26,212 bases of DNA from Candidatus Woesearchaeota archaeon (GTDB taxonomy: Archaea > Nanobdellota > Nanobdellia > Woesearchaeales > GW2011-AR4): assembly GCA_016181305.1 (NCBI GenBank), contig JACOZN010000003.1, forward strand, positions 1-26,212, in the 5' to 3' direction. Every line of letters begins with the position of its first letter. Position 1 is the stretch's first letter. Below the pieces are notes generated by a model, which saw only the letters and a program-made list of their open reading frames with translations, made no database searches and was not told the origin of the DNA. Positions 24,604 to 26,212 of this stretch are shown one piece after another. The position numbers and the translations under genes are program-made.

Positions 24604-25689
24604 ATGAAACTTATAGCCTTTGCGTTTATATTTGCACTTTTGCTAGCCTCTGCTTCATTAGCCGCAGGGCTTCAGATAACAGAAATAGACGCCAATGTAG
24701 ATTATGACGAAGCGTACACTTACAGGGTTGAGGACAGGGACAGGATTGACTCTGCTTCTGTTCCAGTCGCAAACAATTCAAAAATAGATGTTGATGTGCT
24801 GCCGGGCTCAAATGTCACATTCACCGTAAGGGTTGAAAACACGTTTACAGGCGAAGATCCTGACCTGAGGGGTGTTTTTGTAACCATTACCATAGAGGAG
24901 ATAGACGACGGGGGTGATTTGGATGAGGAAAGCATAGACTTTGACCTGGAGCCGGGAGACGACAACAGGGTTGACGTCAAATTTGCCATACCTCTTGATG
25001 TTGATGCAGGCACCTACAACGTGATTTTGGAAGCAGAAGGCGAAGACAGAAATGAAACATCCTTCAATACAGAACTTAACTTAAAGCTTGAAGTCAAGAA
25101 GCAAAGCCACGACATAAGAATAACAAAAGTGACTCTTGAACCAAGCGTTGTCGAATGCGACAGAAAGGCAAAGCTCACTGCAGAGATCGCCAATGCAGGC
25201 TCAAACCCTGAAAATGAGGTAGCCCTTGAATTCAAAGCCACAAGCCTTGGCATAAACTCCTATGACAAGGACATTTCGCTGCTGTCTTCTGACGAGGCCA
25301 GCGAAGAGGAAAAAACCTACACAAAAACCCTGAACTTCGAAGTGCCGGATTTTTTGAAAGCAGGCAGATTCCCGATTTTAGTTAATCTTTACTGGAAGAA
25401 TTTTATTTTGTTCGACCAGAAGACAATGGATTTTGTCGTGAAAGACTGCGTTTCCGGGGCGGCAAAGGCAGAGCCAAAAACTGAAGAGGGCAAAGAGACT
25501 GTTGAAGTAATCCAGCCTGAGGAAGAGCCAGAAGAGCAAAAAGAAGCACAAGAGCAGGTGACAGCTACAGAGGAAGTATCTGTTTTAAAATCGCCTGCTT
25601 TGCTTGCAATTCTACTAGGCGGATTTGCCGTTATAATTATTCTTGTGCTGGTTGCATTTGGGTACTTAAAAAGGGCAAAGCCACAATAA
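24604..25689 (+). CDS. secreted, C-terminally membrane-anchored acidic Ig-like/CARDB-type surface protein
   Basis: Signal peptide; AGTYNVILEAEG and LTAEIANAGSNPE beta-sandwich patterns; Glu-rich linker; C-terminal TM followed by KRAK. Confidence 0.78.
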   Translation: MKLIAFAFIFALLLASASLAAGLQITEIDANVDYDEAYTYRVEDRDRIDSASVPVANNSKIDVDVLPGSNVTFTVRVENTFTGEDPDLRGVFVTITIEEIDDGGDLDEESIDFDLEPGDDNRVDVKFAIPLDVDAGTYNVILEAEGEDRNETSFNTELNLKLEVKKQSHDIRITKVTLEPSVVECDRKAKLTAEIANAGSNPENEVALEFKATSLGINSYDKDISLLSSDEASEEEKTYTKTLNFEVPDFLKAGRFPILVNLYWKNFILFDQKTMDFVVKDCVSGAAKAEPKTEEGKETVEVIQPEEEPEEQKEAQEQVTATEEVSVLKSPALLAILLGGFAVIIILVLVAFGYLKRAKPQ

Positions 25690-25718
25690 GATTTATATAT
25701 TAATCCCAAAAACAAAAA

Positions 25719-26212
25719 ATGGGGGTTGTTGTTTTGAAGAGACTGTTCATTGTCTGGTTATTGATGGCATTCAGCTTAATTTTGCCATTAAATGCCTATT
25801 CTGCGGTTTTGATTAATGAGATTATGTATAATCCCAGTACTGCTCAAGGTGACGATTCAGATTTAGAATGGATTGAACTTTTCAATAATGGAACTCAAAC
25901 AATAAATATTGAAAATTTTACAATAAATGGAAAGAACTTTGATGATGTAAATATAACTGCCGGTAGTCTTGTTATTGTTGCGAGGGAATTGATAGATGGT
26001 ACGGATAGCGACTTAAATAGTTTTGAAGCATATTATGGAAATAACGATAGCATTTGGAATTCTACAGATGCAGGTTACACAGCTGTAGACGGGGATTTTA
26101 TTTTGGACAATACTGCCCCAGCAGATATTATTAATTTATCAAATGGAACATATACCCAACTTGTAAATTATACACCTTTCTTAAGCCTGGCAAATGGCAA
26201 CGGAAAAACATT
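25719..26212 (+). CDS. 3'-truncated secreted lamin-tail-domain (LTD) protein
   Basis: Absent from the ORF track because it runs off the window. Signal peptide, then VLINEIMYNP...DLEWIELFNNGTQTINIENF. Start is ATG 25719 or TTG 25734. Confidence 0.8.
   Translation, partial: MGVVVLKRLFIVWLLMAFSLILPLNAYSAVLINEIMYNPSTAQGDDSDLEWIELFNNGTQTINIENFTINGKNFDDVNITAGSLVIVARELIDGTDSDLNSFEAYYGNNDSIWNSTDAGYTAVDGDFILDNTAPADIINLSNGTYTQLVNYTPFLSLANGNGKT

Noticed and set aside
1-26212. tRNA/rRNA genes, CRISPR array, transposase, integrase, intein in IleRS
   Set aside because: No cloverleaf, rRNA-like tract, regularly spaced repeats or mobility motifs were seen; intergenic gaps are short, and IleRS has normal length.

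Overview
Most likely chromosomal DNA from a DPANN-type archaeon (Woesearchaeota-like). This is inferred from the archaeal/eukaryal-type IleRS, the TtuA/Ncs6 plus ubiquitin-like carrier pair, and BRE-TATA boxes lying about 21-25 nt upstream of many start codons. Gene order: 3' end of a surface protein; ileS; a THUMP protein; a secreted beta-helix protein; a probable winged-HTH; a tandem-repeat CC1-like chromatin protein; DUF1385; a coupled nrdR-P-loop kinase-dCMP deaminase unit; then an ~11 kb Fe-S/sulfur-relay block (ThiF/MoeB E1, PAP2, Cys/His-tailed HTH with a palindromic operator candidate, sufB-sufD-[orphan]-sufS-sufU-sufC-[orphan]-iscA, ubiquitin-like carrier, ttuA, unknown ORF, Mn-type SOD). 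After that come membrane, Zn-ribbon, lipoprotein and methyltransferase genes, an AT-rich islet (unannotated ACG-initiated RHH-Zn-ribbon ORF divergent from an AbrB-like/PIN-like pair), and two secreted surface proteins. Best leads: the apparently self-regulated Fe-S-to-tRNA-thiolation locus, a 51-nt in-frame double-hairpin insertion in the E1 gene with a look-alike at 24550-24595, a degenerate histidine-kinase-like ORF inside the suf operon, and the ACG-start gene. No rRNA, tRNA, CRISPR array, transposase or integrase was recognised. All family assignments come from motif recognition by eye; no database search was run.
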